This document shows, in pieces, positions 45,514 to 58,500 of a stretch of DNA of 64,000 bases. The DNA is taken from positions 1-64,000 of the forward strand of contig UYFQ01000349.1 of assembly GCA_900617105.1 (NCBI GenBank), written 5' to 3'. This DNA is from Hydrurus foetidus (lineage: Eukaryota). The notes below the pieces were generated by a model that saw nothing but the letters and a program-made list of their open reading frames with translations, had not been told where the DNA came from and did not search any database. The translations under genes were made by a program, and so were the position numbers. Within the stretch, counting starts at the first letter, position 1; each line of letters begins with the position of its first letter.

Positions 45514-46124
45514 TGCTGTTGCTGCTGTTGTTGTTGTTGCTGTTGTTGCTGTATTTGTTGCTGTTGAGGAGGTGGTCTGTTCTGAGGTAAAGTGACGATC
45601 CCTGCGGAACCCTGAGAAACAGGATGTTGCTGCTGATTAGCCTGCTCATAGGACGGTAGCCTAGGAATCTGACCTTGTGTATTTTGAGCAGCTGGAGTGG
45701 GCATTGCGATTGTTGACGCTGCTGTCGATGAGGCGTTGGTTTGTTCTGCTTGCTGTGACGCCTGTTGGTTGGCAAGCAGTCTCTGAGCTTGCTGCTTTTT
45801 CTTGAATAGCCTCAGTTGCCTCTCGTACAAAAACAGATAGTTCATATAAAAGGATCGTAAAGCTGCCAAATGACTCTCTCCAATTTCTAATGTATTGCAC
45901 ATGCTTGACCAGAAAGCATGGGAGCCTCCATCCTCAGGACATCCACCTTTCTCTGCCGTTTTTAAAAATAGGGCTGACACATCCAAAATTTTCTCATCGA
46001 AGATAGGAATATCGCTCACAATTTCTCCTTTGGATTTGTAATACTGAACTATAGATGATAAAATATTGGAGCTTCTGGCGTCATTCTCAGTCTGGTACCT
46101 CAACATCAATTGCTCGACCGACAT
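41562..46124 (-). CDS. ARID/BRIGHT-domain protein with polyQ and ARM-like C-terminus (ARID1/ARID2 SWI/SNF-subunit-like), multi-exon
   Basis: IPIFDEKILDVSALFLKTAEKGG..FWSSMCNTLEI..ALRSFYMNYLFLYE is ARID-like. Helical-repeat exons at 44508-44880, ~43805-44000 and 42827-43445; last exon ends GAY-stop at 41562. Confidence 0.8.
44029..44270 (+). repeat. (GATAA)n intronic pentanucleotide satellite
   Basis: Direct reading. Confidence 0.95.
45420..45551 (-). repeat. Coding CAG/CAA tract, 44 consecutive Gln
   Basis: 132 nt between the Ile and Tyr codons of the ARID ORF. Confidence 0.95.
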
Positions 46125-46568
46125 GGTCGACTGGCGTGGAAAGTGAAAGGGCTATGACGATGAAGGTCCTCCTTGAATCCCGACGCGAGTTGCTTGATGA
46201 GATCCTGCTACCTAATCTATCACCTTTAATTTCGAAAAGGATGAAGAAAGAGGAGATCGATCGATCAGACACATCAAAATTCAAAATGTAAACAAATTGG
46301 AACTGCATACGGAAAACTCGAAAACTCGTACTCGGAAATTCATCAAGGACGCGATGGGTTGAATTTCAACTGTGAAACTTTTCTTCAGTCTGCCGTCGGC
46401 CTGGATAACTTCACCAAGCTGCAGCAGATACTCCAGTATTTGCTTCCAATGCGACTTAAGAGATAGGCGGAAAATACAGCATGCTCATCTTCTCTATCTG
46501 TCATAGGTATTGATATCAACTTTCAACTTCATTGCTCATTTAGTCGACCAAGTATCTGTATCAGTAGA

Positions 46569-49500
46569 ATGCGAACACATCATTTGAATAGTGCTGCTGC
46601 AGCAGCAAGCTCTGCTGACATCGATGAGGCTATCAAAGATTTGTTGTCATCTGGTCCCAAGCACAGAGCTAAAGCTTGGATTATTGGTAGACAACTCAAC
46701 GGTAGAATTTCGTCAACCATATTTGGCCAATTCACTAAGAGTGACTCCCCTCCGAGCGAAGGATGGTTGTACATGGGTAGGAATCTGGAATATACAGCTT
46801 CGGATGCTGTTGAAGACTATGAAATTCGTCATGGACATGTATTTACTGATGAAGCAATGGTCGCTGCGAAGGGAGATCAATTAGAAGTTCACTGTGGAAC
46901 GTTCCTAGATGAGTCGCTGCTGGGCTGTTCTTTCAGTCCTGAACTTAGGATATCGACTTCATACACAGTGTCTGGATGTTCTTTGCAAGTTATCAATGGT
47001 AGGTATTATCCTTGTGGGATGGAATCTGGTGTGACTAAATACAGGTTAGCTTTCCTGTAATCTGCTGAGATTATTTATACCCCAGTGCTGCACAATTCTT
47101 GACTCTTGAATCTGAAATGTTGATGTCACTGATATTGTGTGACTTCATCAAGACTCTTACAGTCAATTAAAATAGTATTGATGTAGTCTGCTGCGGATTA
47201 TATCTGGGTATTAACACATAAATCACAGCTCTAAAATCGAATGAAAAGTATTCAATCAAATGACAATACTGACACCAGCACCAATTTATTGTACTGGCTT
47301 AACACGTATCGATTGTATGCTGAAGAATCGATGTATGCTTGTCACCCCAGCATGCAACGAACAATAGCATGCTAAACATCGATTAGTGAACAAAAAATTA
47401 TGCTATTTACTAATCGATGTACTAATTGTGTGTTAAGCAATTCCTTATCATGTTAGTTGAATACTAAATAATGGTGTTCTGATTGTATGATAAACAATAT
47501 TGAATCGTATGAATGGTAAGTTTAAAAGACAATAATGTATCAAATGTCTGCTAACAATAATGTGTCACATTAATCGCAGAAATGTGAGAGGGTGGTGTTT
47601 GTTCCGATCGTACTTGGGAGAAATTCCAGAAGTCGGAATATTCGTACAAGGTTGCTATGATTGGTCGGATAAAAACGAAAATACAGCAATAGTGTCATAT
47701 AAAAATGCCGGAATCGCAAGTGATATTATTGTTGACAGAAACAGCAAATTAAATGAAGGAACAGCAGATTTTAAGCGGAGATTTATGGAAGTTTCCCGTG
47801 TGGGTACAATGATGGTGACAGAAAGTCAAATAGATCAATTGCATCATGACTCAGGTACTAATATCGACCATCAAGAAAGATATCAAATAAATTTAGATTT
47901 TGAAGAAGATAGAAAAAAAGATAAGAATAAAAAGATAAAATTAAATTCTGATGTAAAATCAGATTTGAAATTAAATTTTAAATTAATAAAAGAAAGGAAA
48001 AATTTTCAATTAGAAGAATCTGAACTAACTGCTGAAGTTTTGAAAACCATTGAGAACAGAGAAATTTCAATCCGGAATCTAAAGTCTAAGTCCCATGATC
48101 TTCTAAAATATCATGCAGAAAATTTAGACATGAAAATACCGTGTAGAAATTCATTTAATGAGGATGCCAATTATGATGATGTTGATACTAAAATCGAGAG
48201 CATTAGTCTTATTTGTTGTGATGATCCAGGAGGTGATTTGCTGAGAGGGCTGGAGGATAGCATTTTAGATGTCAGGTGATACGTCTAATCAAATGAATTA
48301 GCAGCTAATTTCTGTACCTTTTACTTCTTTATAACTGCTGTATGATCCATCAGTATAAACAAAATAAAATAAAATAGAATAAAATAAAATAAAATAGAAA
48401 TAACACTTGAATTTACTTAGCCTTTTTGATTTGATATTTCTTCAACATTTTTCGAATTCTTTTCTATATTTATGGTGAAATTAATGTTGTTGTGAACATT
48501 ACATTACATGCAATGCGGTCAGATAAAATTGCGGAGGATTTATATTATGGTGCTTCGTTTAGTATGACGTGATGCAATGCTTGACGTCAAAGTAGAAATC
48601 GTAATGAAGTACGATTGTTCTACTGGAAATCATTTCTGTGTTACTTCTCATCTTTATATTAATTTCTATTTTTCAACTTTCATTTGCCATTCGTCATTTT
48701 TATTTTTTGACTTCTATGGTGATCATTTTGTTTTTGGTCCCATTTCTTGTATACTATGTGATGTGGTAGAACATCAATTTTGTCGTGTATTCCTGTACAA
48801 TTACTTGTTGAATTAAATCACACGTATTTCGTCTCTTCACATTCTCATCTAAAAATAATTCTCCACATTTTTTGTAATATTTTAATCCCTGCTTCATTTA
48901 TCTAAATTCAAACCTCCATTATCATAGCCAAGAAACATAACACTCTAACAAAAAAACTAATAATCGATGTTTTAGGTTTCGGACTATCGAGTGTGTGGAA
49001 TCAATAGGTGCTTGGTCAAAAATACGCGAAACAGAAAATAATAAAAGAAAAAAACATTTCACCAACAGTGGTGTGACACCGATGTACGTACATGTTCCTG
49101 ACGCACGTACGTACTGTGTTGTAATTGCGGTGAAAGGACGAATTCTGTACCCAAGGTCCAAGGAAGTGAAATCTTTTTCTCAGGTGATTAGATGCAATTT
49201 CAGATCATTTGATGATTTTTTATCGCTTTTGTTGCAAGTTGATGGCATCAATGCTATGAAACAATTAAGCGAAAATGGTCGTCAGTCTTTCAGAGAAATT
49301 GCAATACTAATTACAACAGCAGCACAGCAGTTATTAGAATTCAGTACCATTTATTCCGATAAGAACAAATGCAAACCAATCAGCAAATGAATGACACATA
49401 AATATTTTACAATACAATTTACAAGTAGAAATTTTGCCGAGGTTTTGAAGAGGAATTCGTTGGGTCCGAGTTCCGACTGATAGGGAATTACCCCACACAA

Positions 49501-52500
49501 GAAATAGCCGTTGTTGAATTCAACAAAGCTGTTAACATGTTGCCGTCCAATAAAAGAATACATCCTAAGATGTTACATGGTAAGTACGTACGTGTGAAAG
49601 TGTGTGTGTGCGTGTTCTTGTCTGTACAGCACACAGTACAATGCAATACAGTACGGTGCACACAGCACACTGCGTCCATCTATCTTACCAGTTTTCTTTG
49701 TTGATTACTTTGCACATCTCTTCCGGCTCTCTAACCTTAGTCCACTCGATCGTACCTCTTCGTTACTTTACCATTGTTTTTTCTTTTTTTTTCACATTTG
49801 CTTTTTTTTCTTTATTCACCAATTACCTGTTTTTTCTTCTTTTATATTTTTCTCTCCTGCAGCTCACGGAATGCATGTGAACGTACGTCCATGTCGCCTC
49901 CACTATATCGTACGTACACCTGACGTTCCATCCGATCTCAAGTGCGAGCAATGTGAAGCTAAAATTGCACTCAAACCGGCCAAGGCTCTACCCCCTATAT
50001 TCGAAACTCGCCTCCCTCCATTTGTGTGGGGTAATATTAATTATTTAGAAAACATGTGGGAAGATTTACATTTTTTGAAAGAAAACGTCTTTTTACGGAA
50101 AATTTTACCGAATTTGGAAATTGAGAATAATCCGTTATTATTACCGAATAACGAAAAAGAATTGTATTTTACGGAATTTCGGAATCAGTTTCCTAACGGC
50201 AAAGAAGCTTCCGCGGCCTTGGAGAATTTGAAAGGAAGAACAGAACAAGTAAGATGTGAAGAATTTTAGTATTAGAAACATTTTTTCCTTTTTTTCTTTT
50301 CTGTGTTTTAACAGTTGCAGACTCTTGGTGATGGATTTGTTTCACCGAAATTGACTTAATTCCGTCTTTTTGAAGCATCAGTATTTTATCGCTTGTCCAT
50401 GACTACTCTAACCGTTGTGACTGTTATCACATCATAACTAATATCATCGTTACTATCATTGTTTTTTTATGAAAGTTCATATTTTTATCATTATTATCAA
50501 TATTATTATTGTTGTTATTTTATCATTTTCATCATCATATTAGACTAAATCTTCCAAACGATTCGCATCACTGTTATTTATAGAATATCTTCATTTCATC
50601 ATCCTCATAGTGCGCGTCACTATGTACACTTTTTCTTCAACAATTTCTCACCAGATTACAGACGCTGTGAATTCCGTGAAAAATGTCACTTCACCGATGA
50701 AAAAAAACGAAAAAAATAAATTCGAGGAAGTAAGTCACATTTTATGTACCAAAAATTATATCAAGCTACAGAAAGTGAAAAACGGTGAAAAAAATATTCG
50801 TAAAGACAATCCTGAATTCGATACTAGTTATGATAATGAAATACTAAATCCCAACAAGTCAAGACCGAAAACATCCGGAGGCTTGATAATGAGAGACAAA
50901 TACCAAATTTCATCTTACAGTTTATCTCAAATAACGGAAATGAAAAAAAGGTTTGGGAATGTCAGTGTATTATCACCTATGCCACTCAGCGCACGTACAC
51001 ACTCGACTTCGTACTTACTCTCAGATACGCATGCACATAATTCCAATCAGAACGTTGATTCTCACGTACGTACGCAAGAATTCCATGATCTAATAAATGA
51101 CCCCCACCCGGGCCTAAAACGACCCCAATCCCTTTGGGGAATGGAACTAAGACCCAGTGAATCCAACTCTTTTTTAGATGATGATCTTCAAAATCAGTAC
51201 AGAAAAAAAGAGAAAATGAGGGGAAAATATTTGACCGATGATAAAAATGGAAATGAAAATGATAACAGTAAACAAATAATATTTCATAGCAATTTTACAG
51301 CTAATAAAGAAGTAGGAGAAAATAATGATCGGAATAAAAACATTCAATATAAAATTAGTGAAAAAAAAGACTTGGACCCTGGATCCAGATTCCAAACCCC
51401 AAAGGTCCGACCCCCATTTTCAAATTTGACATTATGGGGTTCAGATATATCGAGAGAAAGAATAGTGAGAGCAATGGGCATTCTGGGACAATCAGTCTAC
51501 GCTCCGTTAGGGTCCACTGGGGTGAAGGGGGAAAAGGGGCTAGAAGAAAAAAACCTTGGGGTACGGGTCGGGGTCGGGGTCGGGGTAGGGGATGAAATAG
51601 GGGGTGAAGATAAGGTTCAAAAAAGAGAGGGGAATAGGGTTGAAGATAGCACTGTGAAGAGGAGTGATTTGAATAGACATGTTAGTGGTGGTATGTATTC
51701 AGGCAGAAAGGATGATGATGGTATTTTAGATTCCACATTTATTTCCAAGTCCACCCCTGTTCCTTCATCTTCTCCCTCATCTCTTTCTAGCTGTATAGAG
51801 AATCTAGAGGTGGATTCCAAACAGGTGAGGAATGCCGCACTACGTTAGAGCACGTTGTATTGACATTACAATTCTGTTCTTCATCATGTTCAATACCGAA
51901 TGCTCACCTATTCTCTCGATTTAACTGTCAACCTACGTCATTACAGAATTACGATCCTTGGACCTCACAGATTCCGGATATTCCGAACCTCAGCCAACAA
52001 CACACAGAGATGTATGTTAATAACGTAGTAAATTTATCAAGAGAAACATGCTATAAAAACGAAAATAAAAACAAAAATAAATTAACTGGAAAGAAAGAAA
52101 ATAAAGATGGTGATATTTTACCGATATCAAATCCGTATTCTGTGAATGTGTTCTACGAATCTCACGGAGCTGTGTTTACTACGAAGCAAGACAGAGAACG
52201 ATTGAAATTCAGGTATGAGTCAGACATGCACTTTATTTCGGTGATATCCGTTATTCTGAGTGAGAATAAAAATTTAAAAAATACGTGTTATCAATTTTTG
52301 TATTACTAACTTTCATGTATTTTTATTACGGTAATAATTTCATTAGCAAACAGAGTTTGAAAATGATTATTTCATACAATAAAATTCGTCTAAAATCAAC
52401 ACTGATATGCACACTCGCAACTATATCATTTACAGAAGCATAGAATCTCATACTAAATGTTTTTGTTTCTCATAGGGAAGAACATTCTTTTTGCAGAACG

Positions 52501-55500
52501 GATGTCGGAGAATTTTCTTTGCTGAAAATGGGTAATGAAAAATTAAAACATGAGGCGGAATTTGATTTAAAGTTACAAACGAAAACACGAATCTTGGAAA
52601 GGACAAATTTACAATCGCATTTACGGTAAATTAACGTATAACGAAATGACGCACTATTAATTAATATATAATATATAATACTTGACGGTTTAATCATCTT
52701 ATTTATTGCTTTTTATTCCAGATATATTCTGCAGCAAAAATATACAGAATTTTCAGACACGAAAAAACTTTCCGCACTGATTTCAAAAGGAAAATCCCTT
52801 GGGGGATCAGTATTACTCATGGACATTAATTTGGCTGTGAAATATCTGGCTAAATTAAGACTAATTTTGAGGAAAATTCGAATCATTCAAATCGCCTGGA
52901 GAAATGGGTTATTCAGACTACAATGGAGGAAAGCACGTACAGAAAAAGATCTTAAAGAAGCGTACTTACGCGAAATACAATCGAAATCTATGTAAGTTCA
53001 ACCATTTGGATTCCGTTTTTGTTTTTTCTTTCTCAGAGTCATTGATATTGATGAAATTAAGATTATAATTATTGTAGCAAAACTAACAGTGAAGATAAAA
53101 AATTCAGTAGGGTTAGAGACGAGAGTTGACCAGAAATCCTGGGATGATAATAATCACCGTAATAAAGTTGTTTGTGTACATATCACTCACAGAATAACAG
53201 CCGCATCTTTCGTGAGGAACGTTCTTTCTGCGGGGATCAAGGCGCACTGTAAGATGCTCATGAAACCCTACTTCAAAACAGGTGAGAGAAAGACTAGGTG
53301 CAGTGCAGTGCAGTGCAGTGCAGTGCAGTGCAGTGCAGTGCAGTGCAGTGCAGTGCAGTGCAGTGTAGTGCAGTGTAGTGCAGTGTAGTGCAGTGCAGTG
53401 CAGTGCAGTGCAGTGTGATGTGCAGCGTAATCAATATGATGTAATGTCGTACAGCATCATCAAAATTAGTGCAGGATTAAACAGTGAATTCTGATGATGA
53501 TTCTTTTCTTGCCTCTGCGTTATTCGGAATTCAAACCACTCTTGCATTCGTCAAAACAACTTTTATCCCCCAATATCCTCATCATTGTGTTCCTACTTCT
53601 TCCTCTCGGTGCATTCCTCTCCCTCCCCTCCACTAAATTCATCTTCTTCTGATCTAAGTATTCTGCATGCCTCCACACCAAACTCCACTGATCCTGGGCC
53701 CTAACTTACATCCCATAAATGATACCGGACCCGGTATATTTAGCCGTGCGTATGAGCGGTGTGTGTGTGGTGGTTTCTGTGCATCTCGGTTCCAGGTCCA
53801 CGAGGCGCCACACACAGCTCCTCTGCCCTTTATGCGAACACAACACACACAACACAAATAACACACACAAAACGCAGACAGCAGGCAACACTCACAGCAC
53901 ACACAAGAATTACAGCACCCTGAACCTGTACAGTGTATCCTCTCCAACCGTACACAAAGTATGTACGTGCGGCTTGGTACGTACGGAGGAGAGATGGGTG
54001 GTACGTGCGTACGATCCTTTGACGTGCGTAACGTACACGAAGGTTCTGGAAATGAGGGAGGTAAGGAGTGGTAGGATATCAATTGCGTCTCGGAGTTGAA
54101 TTGAATCCATTCGTGCGTGCCTGCCTGGCTGTGCGTGGTCTGTACGTTTGTAAGTACACATGTGTACGTGCACGTCATCAGTGGAGTAAATTGTTGAAGA
54201 ATTGCTGCAAACATTTTTCGTACTTCATAAATGTCTCGTCCCATCTCTTTCCCTAATTCCTTTATCTCCCATTTCCTCTTCATCTCTTTCTCTCCACATC
54301 CCTTCTCTCCTAATCGTTTCTCTACTATTTATTCTCCCTCTCTCTCCTTTCCTTTCCTATCCCTTCTCCCTCCCTCTCCCTTCCTTTCCTTCCTTTCCTT
54401 CCTTTCCTTCCTTTCCTTTCCTTTCCTTTCCCTCCCTCCTTTCTTTCCTTCCTTCCTTCCTCCTTCCTTCCCTTTCCATTCCTTCCTCCTTCCTTCCTTC
54501 CTCCTCCTTCCTCCCTCCTTTCTTCCTTCCCTCCCTCCCTTCCTCCCTCCTCTTCCTTCCTTCCTTCTCCTTCCTCTCTCCTTCCTTTCCTTCCTCCCTC
54601 CCTCTTCTTTCCTCCCTTTCCTTCCTTCCTTCCCTTTCTTTCCTCCCTTCCTTTCCTCCTCTCTCCCTTTTTTTCCCTCCTCCCTCCCTCTCCTTTCCTT
54701 TCCGATCCCTTCTCCCTCCCTCTCCTTTCCTTTCCTATCCCTTCTCCCTCCCTCTCCTTTCCTTTCCTCCCTTCTCCCTCCCTCTCCTTTCCTTTCCTAT
54801 CCCTTCTCCCTCCCTCCCTCTCCTTTCCTTTCCGATCCCTTCTCCCTCCCTCTCCTTTACTCCTTCTGTCACGTTCTTTACGCGTCACATTGACAATTCT
54901 CCAGATTAAAAAACATATTATCGGCATAGAGAAAGCACAGGAATTGATGGATCCTAGATCCATGCGGAAAATGCTTAAAGTGAGTAGTGCACTAAAAATT
55001 GATGCTATACTGTATTGTACTGTACCGTACTGGGATATGATATGATATGATATGATATGATATGATATACTGTACTGTACTATGATATGATATGATATGA
55101 TATGATATGATATGATATGATATACTATACTGTACTATGATATGATATGATATGATATACTATACTGTACTATGATATGATATGATATGATATGATATGA
55201 TATACTGTACTGTACTATGATATGATATGATATGATATGATATGATATGATATGATATGATATACTATACTGTACTATGATATGATATGATATGATATAC
55301 TATACTGTACTATGATATGATATGATATGATATACTATACTGTACTATGATATGATATGATATGATATGATATGATATGATATGATATGATATGATATGA
55401 TATGATATACTGTACTGTACTGTACTATGATATGATATGATATGATATGATATGATATGATATGATATGATATGATATGATATGATATGATATGATATGA

Positions 55501-58500
55501 TATGATATAATATGATATAATATAATATGATATGATATACTGTACTATACCGTATAATGCTATGCTGTGCTATGCTATACTATGCCTTGCACTGTATCTA
55601 AACGCGCAGTCAATATGTAATTACGTAATTGCAATATACTGCCACATGTGCACATTACAACTTGACCTTGATCAATTCTATTATTGACCGTCTATTTGAA
55701 TTGTGTGCCTTCATAGCAGCGAGTCACTGCTGACGTTGCATTGACAGCAGTACTCATTACTTAAACGTATATTGGAAAAATTACAGCACATCTTGATTGC
55801 TTGGATTTCCGTGATGATTCACACCTGGTCTGTTACGAACAGTCGATACCGACTCCTGGTCAAAAGCGCTTATCTCGTATTGCATCTAATAATCTAATGT
55901 AGGATCTAAACGGACCGTATATAGCGGAAGATCTCAGCGATCTCTTCTTCCGGACTGATCCGGTGCTACTCCCTGACCCCCACCCCGACCCCTACATTAA
56001 CCCTGACCCCTACATTTTCTCTGACCCTGACCAATATCCGGACCCGGATCTTCAGGATGGACTCAATCTGAGTCTGGACCTTGGACCAGATTCCAACAAC
56101 AGTCCACACCCTTTAAATAATCCTGACCCCGATAACGACCTCTACCCTCTCCATGATAACAACACTGGCTGCTCTACTACCTCTACCGTAATACGGTGTA
56201 ATCCGTCTGCTGTCTTGGGTGTCACTCAGAATGATGACGCACTTCCCCCCTCTTCCGGAACACTAGAAATAGTACTAGACTCCACGCATCTAGTGGAGCA
56301 TAGAATGAGACCAAGATGTACACACTCTGCGATCATTCCGTACAGTCGTTATGAACACTACAACACCACAACTCTTCACAAGACGTATACGTCCCTACCC
56401 GACCCCCATCCTAGTCCCTATCCCGACTCCAACTATCATCCCAACTACTACCCCACACCTGACCTCCATCCCTGTCCCTACCCCCTTTCTATTCCCTTTT
56501 CTCCTGCTATCATATCCGGAACAACTGAGTATGCGAGACGAGCTGTGTGCGTGCTGAGGAGTTCCGATGAGTCTTCTACTTTATTTAGTCTGCCATCCAC
56601 TCTTTCCAAGGAGATGATGTTACTAGTAAGCGGTCAGCGGGGTGCGGATCGGAACATTCCCAAGGTGATAATATTGAATTGAGGGAAAGATGTTGCGAAT
56701 CAATATGCCAACTTCAGCGTTGAAAAAATTGTATTTTACTCAAAATAAAAAGTTTTTGCTTGTCACTTGTTCTGACATCATATCAAAGCATTTTCAATTT
56801 TAATGTAGATTTAATCTTCATTATTATCTTTATGGTGTTGTTATTAATTAAATATATTTTACATTAAATAAATTGCATTTATAAATATTCACATAATTTA
56901 TTTTAATCCCCAGGGGTATCACTGCTCCCCACTACCAGTGACGGTGAAGGAGATCCTGGATCTAGATTCCATAGAATCCGTCCCTACAGGGATGGACTGG
57001 CAACCACTCACTGAGTATTTTCAGGTATAATGAACAATATATAATGTCACATATGACCGGATAAAATTGCTAATACAACTTTGCCCGCTCCCCGCAAACA
57101 TACACACACAACCTCCTTTCTTCTTTTCTTTCCTGGAATGATGCTATTCTATGAGTAGCGTGATAAAATTATTACAACTCTGTACAATGAAATTGAAAAT
57201 GATAAAATCTGTACGATGTATAAATACGAATGATTCAAATTGATATTTGTATTCAAGAAACACGTACTAAATACGCAATTAGTATATATAAACTATCTTC
57301 ATCCAACTTCAACATCAACATCAACATCAACACAACACAACAGTCAATTATGGCACAGAAGTGGTCCGTGCAGTACTTACAAGCACTACAAAACATGCAC
57401 GTACAATCCGTATGTACACAAAAAACAGCGTTGCAAAAAGCCACACAAATACGCACCACTTCACTTGAGTGGAAAAATATGGAAATGGAGGACGACTACT
57501 CCGATTTAGTGCGAACTGATTTATTACTGCAAGCAGCTGGCCGTAGGATTGACCGTATCATGCGGTACACCCGGTCAAATGTTCAAGGTTATTTTAATTA
57601 CTTCTTTATTCAACTTTTTTTTTCTTCGTTTATATGCTTTGCATTGTGCCTCCACTTAAATTGAAATAACGGAGACGTCATCAACATGTAACGCAATTCC
57701 TCACTTATCACTAGTTAGTTTCTATTTACGACATCATATTTCAACTATTTAACATTTGTGAAATGCCTATTTATCAATGTGTGTCCCCTCAATTCAAAAA
57801 TATTTTATTTAATTTTTCTCAGAAGTTACAGCACAAGAATCGGGAAATAAAAACAATTGGAACCGATCTTGGGACAAATTAGAAAACGGAAATGAATGGA
57901 TGAATTTAAATCAAAAAAGGAAATATCAAAGAATATTGAAGATAAATGAAATTAAGTACAACAAATCCGTGGAATTGTATCGAGACGAATTACGTTTATA
58001 CGGAAATGCAGTTTTCATTGCGGACAGCATTGACACTACAGTAGAACTCCCTCAGGTGACGATGACGTACTTAACGGCAGACATCACTACCAACCCTTTT
58101 CAAACAGTCTATTTCAACACAATTGGAGTACGTGTGTTATGTACGCACCCACACTCTCACACACGTACGCACAGACATTAACGCACACAAACAACTAAAA
58201 AGACACACCCACAAATGTAATCACACGCATACACACACATGTACACTCACTCATCAAATTGCGAACAAAATTTTCATAAAGCCATGTCCAATTATCCCTC
58301 CAGAAAAATGTCGAAGATTTCCGGCCAAATGTGAAATTATGCCGTGAAGAGTTAAGCCGGAATACGGCTGTCGCTAAGGAATGTACTAACGCTATATCGC
58401 GTACATTATCTTTACCGTACAAGGATGTACGTGCTGCTGGGAGCAGCAGCAGCAGTGCAGTGACGCACAGGTGATATGTAGTGTGTGTGTGTGTGTGTGA

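Noticed and set aside
54202..54963. Pro/Ser/Phe-rich and Arg/Gly/Glu-rich ORFs
   Set aside because: Artefacts of the polypyrimidine tract.
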